Shown piece after piece: positions 37,671 through 51,023 of a stretch of DNA of 64,000 bases. The notes under the pieces are model-generated. The model saw only the letters and a program-made list of their open reading frames with translations. It made no database searches and was not told the DNA's origin. The stretch lies in the NCBI RefSeq assembly GCF_002105155.1, contig NW_019028988.1:434001-498000 (forward strand). Reading direction: 5' to 3'. The position numbers and the translations under genes are program-made. The DNA is from Lobosporangium transversale (taxonomy: Eukaryota). Position 1 is the first letter of the stretch. Every line of letters starts with the position of its first letter.

Positions 37671-38133
37671 ATGTCTTATTCATCTAGTTGGAGAAGCGGA
37701 TACGACGACCTTGAAGATGATGCTGATGAGAACATTTTGACGGATGCGCAGGAGGTAAGGGGCTCATTCCCACGGAACGCGTCCTTCCGTTTACGGACTT
37801 TTTTTTTGTCATAAAAATGAACACTGACAGGAAATACTGCTGAATTTTTTCCTTTTTTTTTTTTTTTTGTAATACTCAGACGCAATGGAGTAGTCGAGAC
37901 AGTATTCTGTTTGTAATCGACTGCTCACCTGCTATGCTTAAAGCATCAGAAGACGGTGAGATCCCATTTTATACCGCAATTAAATGCGCCATGGCTGTAC
38001 AGCTTAATAAGATCATCAGCAGTGAGTCTGATTTGGTTGGTGTTATCTTCTATGGCACTGTAAGTGAAGGCTTTTAGCAATATTGATACATTAATACTAG
38101 ATAATGAAATGTAAATAAAGTGATGTGCATTGG

Positions 38134-38167
<34 letters not shown>

Positions 38168-40584
38168 CCTCTCATAATTGGTTTGACTTTTACACTAGGA
38201 AAAATCCAAAAATGCAAATAACTTTGAGCACATATATGTGCTGCAAGACCTAGAAACCCCTGACGTGAGCAAGATCCAGCAACTGGAGGCTATTGATGAT
38301 AGTAGATATCGAACCGATTGTGCAGCCTAGTTGTTATTGAAGTTTATTAAAAACAGGATATTGTGCTGACGATCTGACCAATCTGTATCTACATAGAAAC
38401 TATCGACTTCAATCAGGAGTTCGGTACTAGCAATGGGAAATATACACTGGGTGAGATGTTCTGGACTGCTACTAGTCTCTTCGGGAGCAGGTATGAGAAA
38501 ATGCTTACTTAGTTAGGATGGCTATATAATAATAGAAGTCGTGTGTCGGATATTAATTAGATAATTTTTCGGATCCTTGGACCATGTAGTGCACAGAGGA
38601 TTGGGTCCAAGCGTCTGTTTTTATTCACAAATGAAGATGATCCCCATTCGGGAGATATCAGTCTAAGAAGCGCATCCAAAGTTCGAGCCAATGATCTCCA
38701 GCAGTTTGGTATCAAGATCGAACTCTTTGATATTGATAAGCCTGGCGAAAAGTTCAATCGGAAAACGTTCTACAAGGTACCTCATTATATATCATATTAT
38801 TGTGATGTATCGATGCGCAAAGTATAGGATGCTAGCTGATATAATTTTTGATAACTGGGAACCCTAGGATATTTTAATTGATGTAATGGATGACGATGAG
38901 GAAGGAACAACTGATGATGTCTCTACAAAACTCAGTGAACTCCTTCAAAGGGTCCAGCGCAAGGAAGTGAAGAAGCGTGCGTATTTTAATATCCCACTTA
39001 AGCTGGCGCCAGGTCTCGAGATAGGCGTCAAGGGTTACAACCTTGTTTTGGCTCAGGGCAAAGGAGCGCACAGAAATGTTTATACGCTAGGAGAGGCGGT
39101 TCGAGAAGTCCAAACTGTTACAACATGGCTGTGCGCAGATACGGCTCAGTACCTTATGCCCACCGATCTGAAGTATTATTGGGAGTTTGGGGGCGTCAAG
39201 GTTGTATTCTCGAAGGACGAAGTTGCGGGTATGAAGTCATTTGGGCCACCAGGACTAGCACTGATTGGGTTCAAACCTAGAAGTGCTATCCGAATGCACC
39301 TTAACATTGCTCATGCCATGTTTTTATATCCTGATGAAAAATCATATGAGGGCAGTACGCGTGCATTTTCTTCTTTGCTGAAGGCCATGGCAGAAATGGA
39401 TAAGGTGGCGATCTGCTCTTTTACACAACGTAAAGGCTACAGTACAAGACTAGTTGCTCTTATTCCCCAGGTATAGTTTAAAATCTTTTTTTTTTTTTTT
39501 TTTTTAAAGTAATAATAATAACGCTGCTACATGATGCCAAAAGGTACACGACTAACGCAGTGATATACTTTCGGTGGATCGTGTCATAGCTGGAAGTTGT
39601 CAGTGAAAATGGTCAAGAGCAACCTCCTGGCTTCCAATTGATCCAATTGCCATGGGCGGACGACATCAGACCGCTCCCAATTCAGACTGACTACACACGT
39701 AAGATAAAGGCCAGACAGCAAAATATCTTTGTTTGCATCGCTCAAGATTGCTTCAGATTGTTGATCAGCATTCTTGCATTCTTATCAATTCTTCATAGCG
39801 CCCATGGAACTTATCGATGCCGCCAAGGGCATCATCTCCAAACTAAATATGAAGAAAGGTTTCCAGCCAGATAATTATGAAAATCCATGTAAGTAATGCT
39901 GGGGACCGATCACATCAAACCGAGCTCAGTTGCTAATGTAAATTGGATTGACCAAATCTTCATTTTGATTAAAACAATAGCTTTGCAGAAGCATTACAAG
40001 GTGCTTCAGGCCACAGCGCTGAATCAGCTCGATATGGATATTGATGACAAAACTCTTCCCAAGACGGAACAGATGCACCAAGTAAGTCATCCAATCTAAA
40101 GTAGAGATGTTATATATATATTAATCAATGATTGGACCTAGTGATAATAACAATGGTGTATTTTTTTTTTTTTTTTTTATTTATTTATTTTTTTTTTTTT
40201 TTTGACTATAGCGTGCTGGAGAGTATATTCGGAATTTCAAGGATGTGGCATCCACTATCGAACCTCCAGAGCCTTCTATTGATTCTTCACTTGCATCATC
40301 CAAGAGACCATCAGTAAGCACCATAGCTCATCCATTCATGAGTATTTTTTATATGCATGTAGTGCTATATCACTATACTAACTCCTCCTGGATCGTATTC
40401 ATATCTAGCAATCACAAGAGTCGTCAGCATCCAAGAAATCAAAGAGTACCCAGGCGAGTCAAGCAAGTCAACCGTCTGACAATGCCAGTCTTTTAGCAGA
40501 TATGCGTTTTAAGTATGATGGTGGTCAATTGAACAAGGTATATTATAAAATATATATGTATTTGCTGTATTTGTCATAACTATG

Positions 40585-40630
<46 letters not shown>

Positions 40631-40783
40631 CGGCTCACATGTTATTTGTCATGATATGATTGCTGAACATCATAGGCAACAGTTGCAATGCTGAAAGAAT
40701 TCCTAAGCTCAGTGAATCTGAAGCCTAATGGAAGTAAGAAGGCAGATTTGATCAGCCAGGTAGAGGCATATTTTGCTAATTGA
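37671..40783 (+). CDS. KU70: Ku70 DNA end-binding protein (many exons)
   Basis: RDSILFVIDCS (vWA), KRLFLFTNEDDPH, FLYPDEKSYEGSTRAF, PPGFQLIQLPWADDIR, YENP|SLQKHY, and a C-terminal SAP domain TVAMLKEFL...KKADLI. Confidence 0.95.
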
Positions 40784-41206
40784 AAACACGAATGAATATA
40801 TATACTTTGAGGTGATCTGCATTTTTGCAATTGAATTGTTGACATAGTTAAAATTAAACAATAAAGTAATGATAATAGATAAAAAAAAGAGTGATTCTCA
40901 AAAAGATGGGGCTCAGTTGATAGCAGAGACAATTTCGAATGCTCGTGTGTCAATCCATGTAAAAAGCAGAACGGCTGATCAAAGTTTAAAAAAAAAGGAA
41001 AGAAAAGGGTCGTAAAGTGGAAAGTGAGTGTCCATGCGACTGTCAATCGGGAACACTGAGTACAGAGGTAACGAGGATGGGGAGTGGGGAAACAGACACC
41101 ACTCTCTCTTTTTTTTTTTTTTTTTTTTTCCTTTCCTTTTTTTTTTTTTTTTTCTCTCTCTCTCATTCTTTCTTCATTCTGTTCATTCAAAGGTACATTT
41201 TACACC

Positions 41207-41980
41207 ATGTCAACACCTGTCACTTCTGTCACGATCGAATCTCTCACAACAGCATGCAATGAACGACTTGAAGCTACTTATGTTGTAAGTTACATTTCTC
41301 AATTCAAGGATCTCAAAATGTGTTTTTTTTTTTCTGACAAAGATTGTTTAACGAAGCTTAACGTCATCCTCCTATTGATCAAAAACAATGTGCATTTCTT
41401 GTCTTTATAGCAAGCAAAAGATATTTCAGGTATGACCCATCCATGTCACTTCAACACGTAGCAGATGGTTATGCAAGGTTGACGGGGAAAGTGTTTGGTT
41501 CTAAGCGAAGGGGAGGAGGTTGCATGCTATCAGATTTTTTTTTTCTTTCGCTTTGTGTACAGCGTACAAAAAGAATGGGTGATGTGCTTATCAGATCTTT
41601 GAGCATAAAAAATTTCCAAAGCAGACACTAACGCACGCATATTTTTGTGCCTGTCATGATTAATTTTGTCATGTTGCTAAATAGGAGGATGTGGACAGAA
41701 CTTTGAGATCATCATCGTTTCTCCCATGTTTGAGGGCAAGTCTACACTTCAGAAGCACCGTTTGGTGAACGAGGCACTAAAGGAACAGATTGCACTTGTC
41801 CATGCTTTCTCACAGGTTAGTGAGTAGGGAGAATCTTGGAAAGTTCAAATGGCTCTTTTTCTCCTTTAGCAATAACACAATGCAAAGGCTAGACTAACTT
41901 TTTTTTATATATTTTTTATGTTGATCATGCAATAGAAAACATATACACCAGCACAATGGGAAGCATTGAGCCAGCAGTAA
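41207..41980 (+). CDS. BolA2/Fra2-like protein (4 exons, including a 19-nt exon at 41411-41429)
   Basis: [63 protein letters not shown]. Confidence 0.9.
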
Positions 41981-42377
41981 AGAAAAAAAAAAAAAAAAAA
42001 AAAGACAAAGGGGATAGGAACATGGACATGGAATGCTCTTTCGAAACTTACTTTCAATCAGCGGGAGATAAAATGACGGGATAGCAATTTGGATCGCGGA
42101 ACGATAGAACCTTTGAATAGGCATGCATATATACTCACATACACATGCACTTGTATACCACACAAGCACGCATATGTAGAAATATATATCCATGCGCACG
42201 AAAAAAGAAAAATTTAACAAAAACAAATCATTAAGCATTTTACAGACACTGATATCTCCAGCATACATTGTGTAAAAAAAAAATAAAAAATAAAAAAATA
42301 AAAAAATATAAAAATTTTAATGTATTCTTTTATATGCTTGCAACATTTGTACGTCTACACTCTATCAGATCAAACAC

Positions 42378-43388
42378 TCATAGGCCATAGTCATCATCGT
42401 CCGAATCATCGTAGCGTCGACGGTTGTACTATATATGACATAAATAAATTATTAAAAAATTCAGAGATGATCACACGACAGACAAAAAGATAAAAAAGAG
42501 AACTTTGAGTTTACACATACCACGATTTTGGTCTCTGATTTCGTCTGTTGATTAACCTGCTCCAAGAGTTCGATCAATTGAGTCTCTGTGATCTTGGATC
42601 GGACCTGGCCACCCTGCGCCATGCGGATCAACAAATCTTCAACGGCTCTGGCTTTGTCTGGCTTGACGATAGCAATTCGGGACACTATATAAGGCATTTT
42701 TGTTTTTTTTAAACATCCAAAAAAAAAAAAAAAAAAAAAAAAAAAGGTACATTATTTTAGTGGCAGAAGAGATAGTAGTCAAATAAGCAAAAAAAAAAAA
42801 AAAAAAAAAAAGGTTGAAATTGAAGCAACGAAACATTACAGCGTTCACGGGCCTCTCCATCCAGGATTTGGATCAACTAGTGTATTAAATGGCATTATCA
42901 AAGAACGAGACAGCAACAGAATTAGCTCACATTGTCTGCTTCAACTTTGCCACTTATTTTTCAAATTTAAGTACCAATGCGTACCATTGTACGGCGCATC
43001 TCTTCCATCTGACTGTTTAAAACAACAATAACAATAAGAATAAGAATAAGAGTATAACATCAGTATTATCGCTTTTATCACTTAATTACTTAGTTCCGTC
43101 CTCGGCCTGGAAGCCTTATTTATTATTATCATTATACCTCTTCTTGCTCTTTTCATCATCATCGTCCTTGCCGCCGCTCAAGCCAGCCTAAAAATGGAGT
43201 AAATGGCAATATCTTTTGTAGCTCAATATTTTGTTGCTCTAATAACAGCCAGAGTTCTATTATGATATAGTAGAAGTATTCATGACTTTTGTAACTGCTA
43301 TTGTTGTTTTATTTCTTGACTTACAGGGAGACCACCCGTGCTGCTTCCTGAGCCTCCGGACTGAGCTCTAAGTTCTGCCATGCGGCTA

Positions 43389-43433
<45 letters not shown>

Positions 43434-43594
43434 CAAAAAAACAAAAAAGTATGAGTGGAAAGTGTAGGATACAGGGCGTTTCGCCTATTTTCCGAGTTTA
43501 TAAATCCCTGGAAGAACGTTATTTTATAGTTCTCCTTTTCCCTTGCACATATGCATTACCGAGCGCGAATCTGCTGAAGTTCGTCGTCTTCCAT
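42378..43594 (-). CDS. PDCD5: PDCD5/Sdd2 family protein (7 short exons)
   Basis: MEDDELQQIRAR|RMAEL...LIQILDGEARER|LSRIAIVKPDKARAVEDLLIRMAQ...|YNRRRYDDSDDD. Confidence 0.92.
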
Positions 43595-43778
43595 GATGCG
43601 TTGTTGAATTTTGTAAAAAAAAAAAGAGCAAAGTCTGAACTTACAAGGAAAGGGTGGGGAACGCATGGGAGTGGCTTATTTTTTTTTTTTTTTTTTTTTG
43701 TTCTACCCTGTTCTTGTAGACTCCCTTTACTCGTTCATTTAATTGCGGATCGGTGTAGTAAATGTAAATGTGTATGTA

Positions 43779-45047
43779 ATGGAGATCCCAGAGATCTTGT
43801 GGGGAATGGATCCTCTGTTCCATGTTCCTCTACAGTTGATGATTTTTCAAGTCAAAGCTCTCCAGCGTGTGCAAGGTATATTAAATGTAGTAGATACTTC
43901 TTCAAGGTTCATTGTCAAAAAATAAATCCTTCTACTAATAACGAAATTGAAACTTAGGGGTCTATTACCATCATACTCATGCTGTCAGGAATGTAGAAAT
44001 CATGGGGATGATACAATTGGTGCATCGTAGACCCAAGTTTATCCTCTACAATGGTATACTTCCAAACTTTGCTCTTTTATTTTGCCACCAATTTTTTAAA
44101 TTATTGCCACTAAAATTAACATGACCTTACGAGACAGTGGATGATGGAACTGGGGCTGTTCAATGCATAATGTGGATCCCTGACCAGTATCAGAATATAC
44201 AAGACACTGACAGAGTCCCTGCCCTTCACATGCATGAGCTGGGCCAAGTGATCAGAGTAGTTGGTCAACCAAGTGAGTTTAAGGGGCATATCCAGGTTAC
44301 CTTTCATCCCGGGGATGCTCAGATCTGTACAGATCCCAACGATGAGACGATATTTAGGCTCAGAGTCCTAAACATGGAGCGATCTATTTATTCAAAACCA
44401 GTCAGGTTACCGGACGTTATATTATCTAAAATCGCTTACCAGGTACAAGAATCAAGCTGTGAGGAGAGATCTGAGCTTTCATTCCTGGAAGAGAAACTTT
44501 TGAGGAGAGTTACAGATTGGGTCTTGAAGCGTATTGAGTTTTGCTATCTTGAGCTTGAAGATGATGAGGACAATAATAAGTTGGCCCATGAAGTTGTAAA
44601 AATCAAGGTAGGGAGTGATGGTCACATTATACTCTTTGGTGTTGCATTTGGCTGATGCTGTCTCTGTTCTTTAAGCATCCATGCAGCCACTTTACTTTTT
44701 TTTTTTTTTTTTTTAAAAAAAAATGGAACGTTGACGGACTAAATTTTCTTTAGTACCCAGGGATCCCATCAAGAAATCAACAAGAGCAGGCACACAAGAT
44801 GATAAGGGACTGTTTGAAGCAGTTGATATCAGAGGGTGTACTTGAATACATAAGCATAGAAAAAATGATACTTCATGTAGTCAAGCCCAAGAATGAAACA
44901 ATAGGGGACTCAAAAACTACTAAAAGCGCGGTAACAACAAAAGAGCAAATGCCAGGGATGGATGGTGAGACGGCAAGAGGACTGATTAACAATCCGATTG
45001 TACTGGATGAATCTGAGGACGAGTTTGAAAAGTCGAAGGACGCGTAA
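43779..45047 (+). CDS. STN1: CST complex subunit STN1 (OB fold), multi-exon
   Basis: ILWGMDPLF...GVYYHHTHAVRNVEIMG...YN|VDDGTGAVQCIMW...DPNDE parallels the STN1/OBFC1 N-terminus (LLWGLDPVF...VDDSTGVINCICW). Confidence 0.82.
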
Positions 45048-45212
45048 AAACACAAACCATCCAGGCCAAGACGTCAGTCCCCTCTGGTTGCACAAATGCA
45101 CCGCAATATTTTTTTCAGACTCTTTCCTTTTGTCTGTCTCCCCACTATTCCGCTTTTTAACTTTCCATCAAACCTCTCTCTCCCTTTCGCTTCGATTGGA
45201 ACTTAATTTACC

Positions 45213-45768
45213 ATGTCTTGGCTTTGGAGTACATCACCTATTGACGAACTCGTTGGTACTGTTGTGGTTCATTTTTATTCTGTTGGGTTTACAGACAGTT
45301 CATGCCCATGCCCTGAAGCAATAAAAAGCTTAATGGTCAATTCTGACATTAATCATTTTCTAATTGCATCGTCAAACATTTAACTGGACAGACAAAGCTA
45401 CATCAGAGAACTTGCCTGTTGGAGCTGAGGACTTGGCTTTGAATCTAGAGATTTGTGACCAGATTCGGTCCAAGCAGGTGTCTCCAAAAGATGCCATTAA
45501 AGCACTGAAAAGGCGTCTCAACCATAAGAATCCGAATGTGCAACTCCTTGCATTGGAGGTGAGGTTTTTCTTTCTTCCTTGCAAAACTAATTTGTCTATT
45601 GCTACTTGCGCTTATGCAAGAACCTGTCATTGTTGACTTAGTTATCGTTCTTCTTGACTACATAGCTCACCGATGTTTGTGTGAAGAATGGAGGACAACA
45701 CTTCTTAGTTGAGGTTGCTTCGCACGAGTTTATGGATAATTTGACTTCGATTTTAAAGGCACCGGTAT

Positions 45769-45799
<31 letters not shown>

Positions 45800-47144
45800 T
45801 CCTCTTCAACTATTGCATGAACTAATCCTTGTTGTTTGTCTGATGTGCATGTAGTCTGCGTGCAATCTGGATGTGAAGGCCAAGATTTTGGGTTTGATAC
45901 AAACATGGGGGTTGTTATTCAGAGGAAAACAAGGACTTGGCTATGTTTGCGATACCTATATGATTCTTCAGCATGAGGGCTTTCAATTCCCTCCTAAGGA
46001 CAACGTTGGCGCAGCTCTTGTTGAATCAGAATCGGTAAGCACAGGCCGATGATTATTCTATCACTTAATAAAAACAAGCTGCTGTTTTTCTTAAGCAGTT
46101 AATGGATGGTGTTCTAATCTTTTTGCTATGTGTGACCCTGTCAACACATTGATAGCCACCAGACTGGACAGATTCAGACGTATGCATACGTTGTCGTATC
46201 GCTTTTACCACATTCAACCGTAAGCATCACTGTCGAGCTTGCGGCTCCACTTTCTGTGGACAATGTTCCAGTAAGACAATGGCATTGCCAAACTTCGGTG
46301 TAACTCAGGAAGTCCGTGTGTGTGATGGGTGCTTTATGAAGAAGAAACTTGGTAACAAGAGTGTTGTTGCCCTAGAAAGCCATGGCTTGGGTGGCGGACT
46401 TGATCTTATCAGCAAGCCTTCGCCTGTTACAACTCATTCCAACACAAACAAAAACCCTTCAACGACAACAGCATCCACATCAAACAACAATAATTCTAGA
46501 TCTGCAGAAGAAGATGATGTGGACCTATTGAAGGCTATCGAGTTGTCGTTGAAGGAGGCCAACAATCAACCTGGATACTCAGCTCCTAAGAAAGCATATA
46601 CGGAACCTGTCAAGAAGGCCCCTGTTCCTACATCAGAAGAGGAGGAAGATGCGGATTTGTTGGCTGCTATTGAGGCTTCTTTACGAGAGACTAGCATTCA
46701 TTCACCATCTTCTACTTCCGCTCATCGTTCCAACCAACGACAGTCATCTTACTCATCATACAACTATACTAAGAAGTCTGCTGTAAGTATATCCTAACTG
46801 TCTTTCGCTTGCAAAAGTGAATTAGAGTATATGCAATATAGTTTTAACCAATATTTCTTATAACATGTATTAGGTTACAACGGCGCCTTTACATGAGTTG
46901 AGCGATACCGAAAAATCCAACATCGAGATGTTTTCTGTATTAGTTGATCGCATTCAGATGATGCAGGGCGATGTCAGTGGTAATCGAGAAATTCAGGCTC
47001 TTTACGAACAAATCTCGAAACTGCAGACCAAGGTTGTGCTGAGCCTTGAAGAGGCTGCCCGAAAACAACGTGAGTCTTTTATTATTGTTATTATTCTTGT
47101 CCTTTTGCATTTCGACAATGTATATTTATATATATATATATATA

Positions 47145-47175
<31 letters not shown>

Positions 47176-48158
47176 GAAAACTAACTCTTTCCAATTCCTG
47201 CCGTGTTTGTCATACTAAAGAGGAATTTGTCACATTTAACGAAAAGATTGACCACGCAGTCAGGATTTACGACCATTTACTGCAAGAGCGTCTCAACTCG
47301 TCATATCAACGCCGCATGAACATGAATAATGCTGGACATTCTGGAGGGGGATATTACAGCACTGGATTAACCACACCGCAGACACCTCAGGTTAGCCATG
47401 CATATCCACAGATTACAGCAGAGTCAAGATATGCACAGTATGTGCCTGGCATATCCGGAGTGCATAGCAGCAATGCGCTAGCGCCACACACACCTCAGAT
47501 CTCTTATCAGACTCCATTCCAACAGCAACAACAGCTACCATCCCAGTCTCAGCCTCAGCCTCAACAACAAACACCTTATCAATATCAACAACCCTCTACC
47601 TCTGTACCATACAGCGTTACACCGAGTGGTGTCCTAGATCAACAGCCAGTTCAGCAGCAGCAGTATGGACTAACAGGTCAAACATCGACATTACAAAACT
47701 ACCAAACTGTTCCACAGCAGCAACAGCAACAACAGCTTCCACAGCCCCAACAACAGAGTTACTTGCCCCAACAGCAACTGAATGGTACAATCCCATCTGT
47801 TTCTTCGCCCGCATTAGTCAATGGTCAGCAACCAATTCTTAACACGTATCAATCTGTCGGACAACAGTCTATTCAGTCTCCTCCAGCTCAACCGGTGCAG
47901 CCAATATCAGGTCCTACTGTTCAGCAGCAACAGGAGTCAATTGCACCCTATATTCCCCAACAACAGCAACAACAGCCGCAACAGCAGCAGCAGCAGCAGC
48001 ATCAAGGAGCAATCCCACAACAGATTTCGGGCGGATATCAACAATATGTGCCACAGCCACAACCACAGTCACAGCAATTAAACCAACACCAACCGGTCTA
48101 TGCTAGTGCTACCCCATCCCAGCCCAAGGTAGAAGAAGCCCCACTGATCGAACTCTAG
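45213..48158 (+). CDS. VPS27: ESCRT-0 subunit VPS27/HRS (VHS, FYVE, two UIMs, coiled coil, Q-rich tail)
   Basis: DKATSENLP...[10 protein letters not shown] (VHS), RKHHCRACG...VRVCDGC (FYVE), [10 protein letters not shown] and [10 protein letters not shown] (UIMs), terminal PLIEL clathrin box. Confidence 0.95.
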
Positions 48159-48485
48159 ATGTATGCTGTTGATAGTGGCCATGTCTACTTGTATATGTTA
48201 AAGGCATGTAATAAACATGAGATGACTGTATTTCGGTCGATCGGTCCATAATAACTGATCATTGTTTTGAAAGAAGTATGATGTCTGAACACATTTATGT
48301 CCAATTTAAACAGGGTGGATTTTTTTTTTTTAAAAAAAAAAAAAATATATGGTATACAAAAACAGACGCTTCATTTTGGTTGAACTCTGAATAGGAAAAA
48401 AAATGCAATAACGAAAATAAAGGATCTATGAAAAAGTTGATACAGGATTTAAGAATGTCTCTTTCGAGTGATTTGTTTTTGTTTT

Positions 48486-48730
48486 TTAGGCCACAGCAAC
48501 GGATGATTTTCGTGTGCCAATTGATGGGGTTGGCACGATCTTGGTATCATTCGTCTCATCGCGTGCTATATAGATTGACCAGAAGGAGAGAGAAGGAGAA
48601 AAAAAATAAAAATAAAAATAAAAATAAAGAAAAGAAAAGAAAAAAGAAAAGAAAAATTAGTATGTGTAAAATGGAACATTTACATCTAATCAGTCATGAT
48701 TGGCAAGATTAACTGACAAATCTGATAATC

Positions 48731-48766
<36 letters not shown>

Positions 48767-50338
48767 GTTGTACTTACATTGACGCAAGAAAGGAATAAGA
48801 TCTGTGCCACCAGTTCCACGAACAACATCGTTCCCTGCCTCCTGCTTCTTAGCAAGACCATGAGGCGCACCAAAGATTATTTTTTGTGGATAAAGAATGC
48901 TTGAGCCCTTGGATCCGGTTGCGGGTGCTCCAGTTCCGTTTGCTGATACAGATGATGCTGTAGTCGTAGTTGTAGATACCGTATCAGTAGAATCAACAGA
49001 TAAAGCAGTAGTAGTAACGTGGGTGGACTTGTTGTCTATATGCTTGTCCTTTTGTACTTGAGAATGCATTGCGAATCCTCCATGCGAAATTGAAGGTCCT
49101 CGGTTGGCTTGCATAACAATATAGAGGGTAACCATTTGAATATGAACATCACGGAAGACCTTGATCTGATGAACACATTCATCATAGACTGTAATCAATT
49201 GCTCCACATCTGCAGGTCGACTGCCTTTCTCTGAAGCTGCAGCTTTAGTAGTGACGTATTGACGGATGTTGGCCACCTCTGTCAGGTGGGTCAGGAAGTT
49301 GCGATGAGGTCCCGGCATATAGAATCGCATCTTTTGGATAAAGTTTGTTGATCCAGACCCGGCACTTGCAGGTGCTCCATTTGCCTTTGTTCCAGGGGTG
49401 GGAGCTGAGACATCATTGTAGGAATTATGAGGGACGCCATTGGCTGTAATAGTTCCTGTTGCCTTGTTAGGCCGGAAGCCAGTAGGGTAGTGTTCTACTC
49501 CGAACGCAATGTCAAGAGCATGGATCAGGGAGCTCTGTGCGGCACTTCCACCGGCCAGTTTTTTGTAGTTTCCATCATCGACACCTTCATAACGGACTCC
49601 GTTGGGTAATCCAGCTTCAGCCATATTCTCCCATCCTGCCAAGTAAGGACGGACTTTCCAGTAGAAAACATAGGGATCGCAACGTTCAAACATTCTCCTC
49701 AAGACTGCAACCAAACTCTCAATGATTCCACGAATTGCAGTCAGTTCTTCGGTCAATCCCGAGATGTTGTCATCACGGACCAGTTGAATCGCCTTAAGGA
49801 TCTTGCTAAGGGCGGGAGCACCTGTAGCCTCGATAGCGGTTGTGACCAAGTAAAACCAAGACTCGTCACTTGAACCTGATAATGTGCCCAATGTATCTAG
49901 ATTACTATACGAGAAAGAAAGAGAGAGAGAGATAAATTAAGGTTTGAAATGCAATGTACCAAAGAATTTTTTATCAATGACAATATTATTAACATTAGCT
50001 TTTTTTTTTAAGAGATGCATATGGATGACTACTGTTTTCGTTGATCATTCAGATTCAGATTTATTACCTGAGATCTCTTGGTCCATCCTTGTACAACAAT
50101 CTCCAGTTCCACAAGACCACGGCTGCGTGAGTCAAAACGGGTTGAATTTCGAGCATATCAGCTACTTTTTGCCAGGGGACAGCTAGAGATGCAGGCAAAG
50201 ACTAGAACCCACACAAAGAAAATAAAAATGTATCGGGTGAGTACGTGTGAGCTAATTATTATTAATTCGGTTGTTGTATGGGATGTTTTGAAATCCATAA
50301 TTCAGCTTTTTCCAGAAGAGGAAAAGTTTCGCTTGCTA

Positions 50339-50375
<37 letters not shown>

Positions 50376-51023
50376 TCGGCTGCGATTTCATGTTTACCCC
50401 AAACAAAGGCATGCGAAAGCATACAAAGGATTAAGTATGCCCTCCGTTGCTCTGCTTTTGTCTTGAGACGAGAAGCATCAAGGATGGGGAGCTATTTTTT
50501 TTTTATGAATATGATTGATCGGGTGGAATAGGTTAGGATGTGCAGACACAGACATTTAAAAAAAAACCAAACAATGGCTATAAATATAAAAAAAGAAAAG
50601 AAAAGAAAAGAAAAGGGATGGGGATGCATTTTCAGTTGAACAAATGTGTGACAGGTAAAAAAAAATAAAAATAAGGCCGCTGAGTGGGATCATGAAAGAC
50701 TGAATGAGTAATGAGACCAATGCATGTTACACCCATGCCATACTCTAAGCAATGGCAGTACTACACAGCACAATGTTGATAGAAATGAGGAAGAAAAGTA
50801 TTTAAAAAAAAAAAAAAAAAAAAAAAAAGATCACAATATTTACATCTTGCACATGCTGGCGGATTCGAGAGGCAAGCAAGAGACCGTTGAAGATTTTGAA
50901 GGTCTCCTCCCAAGGTGCAAAGTAAGGATCTGACAAGACCTCCAGAGGTTCATCGACAGGCAAGAATCCTGTGACAGGGGAGATGTCATAGTCCTCGAGG
51001 ATGGGTAGTGTCTTGATGGTCAT
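48486..51023 (-). CDS. BNA2: Indoleamine 2,3-dioxygenase (BNA2/IDO), multi-exon
   Basis: YDISPVTGFLP, RRAYLILCMLSHAFVWG, VLWNW, DESWFYLV, GGSAAQSSL, FRDVHIQMVTLYI and RGTGGTDLIPFL. Confidence 0.93.

Noticed and set aside
40642..41410. ORFs with poly-Lys or poly-Phe runs here and throughout the track
   Set aside because: They are translations of intronic or intergenic homopolymer tracts.
44054..44137. STN1 intron 2 as a U12-type intron (GTATACTT ... CCTTAC)
   Set aside because: The donor mismatches the highly conserved RTATCCTT and the branch match is partial; U2-type is more parsimonious.
6873..51023. NAD-metabolism cluster (NAD kinase, nucleotidase, IDO) or ESCRT cluster (SNF8, VPS27)
   Set aside because: The genes are tens of kb apart with unrelated genes between; no sign of a cluster.
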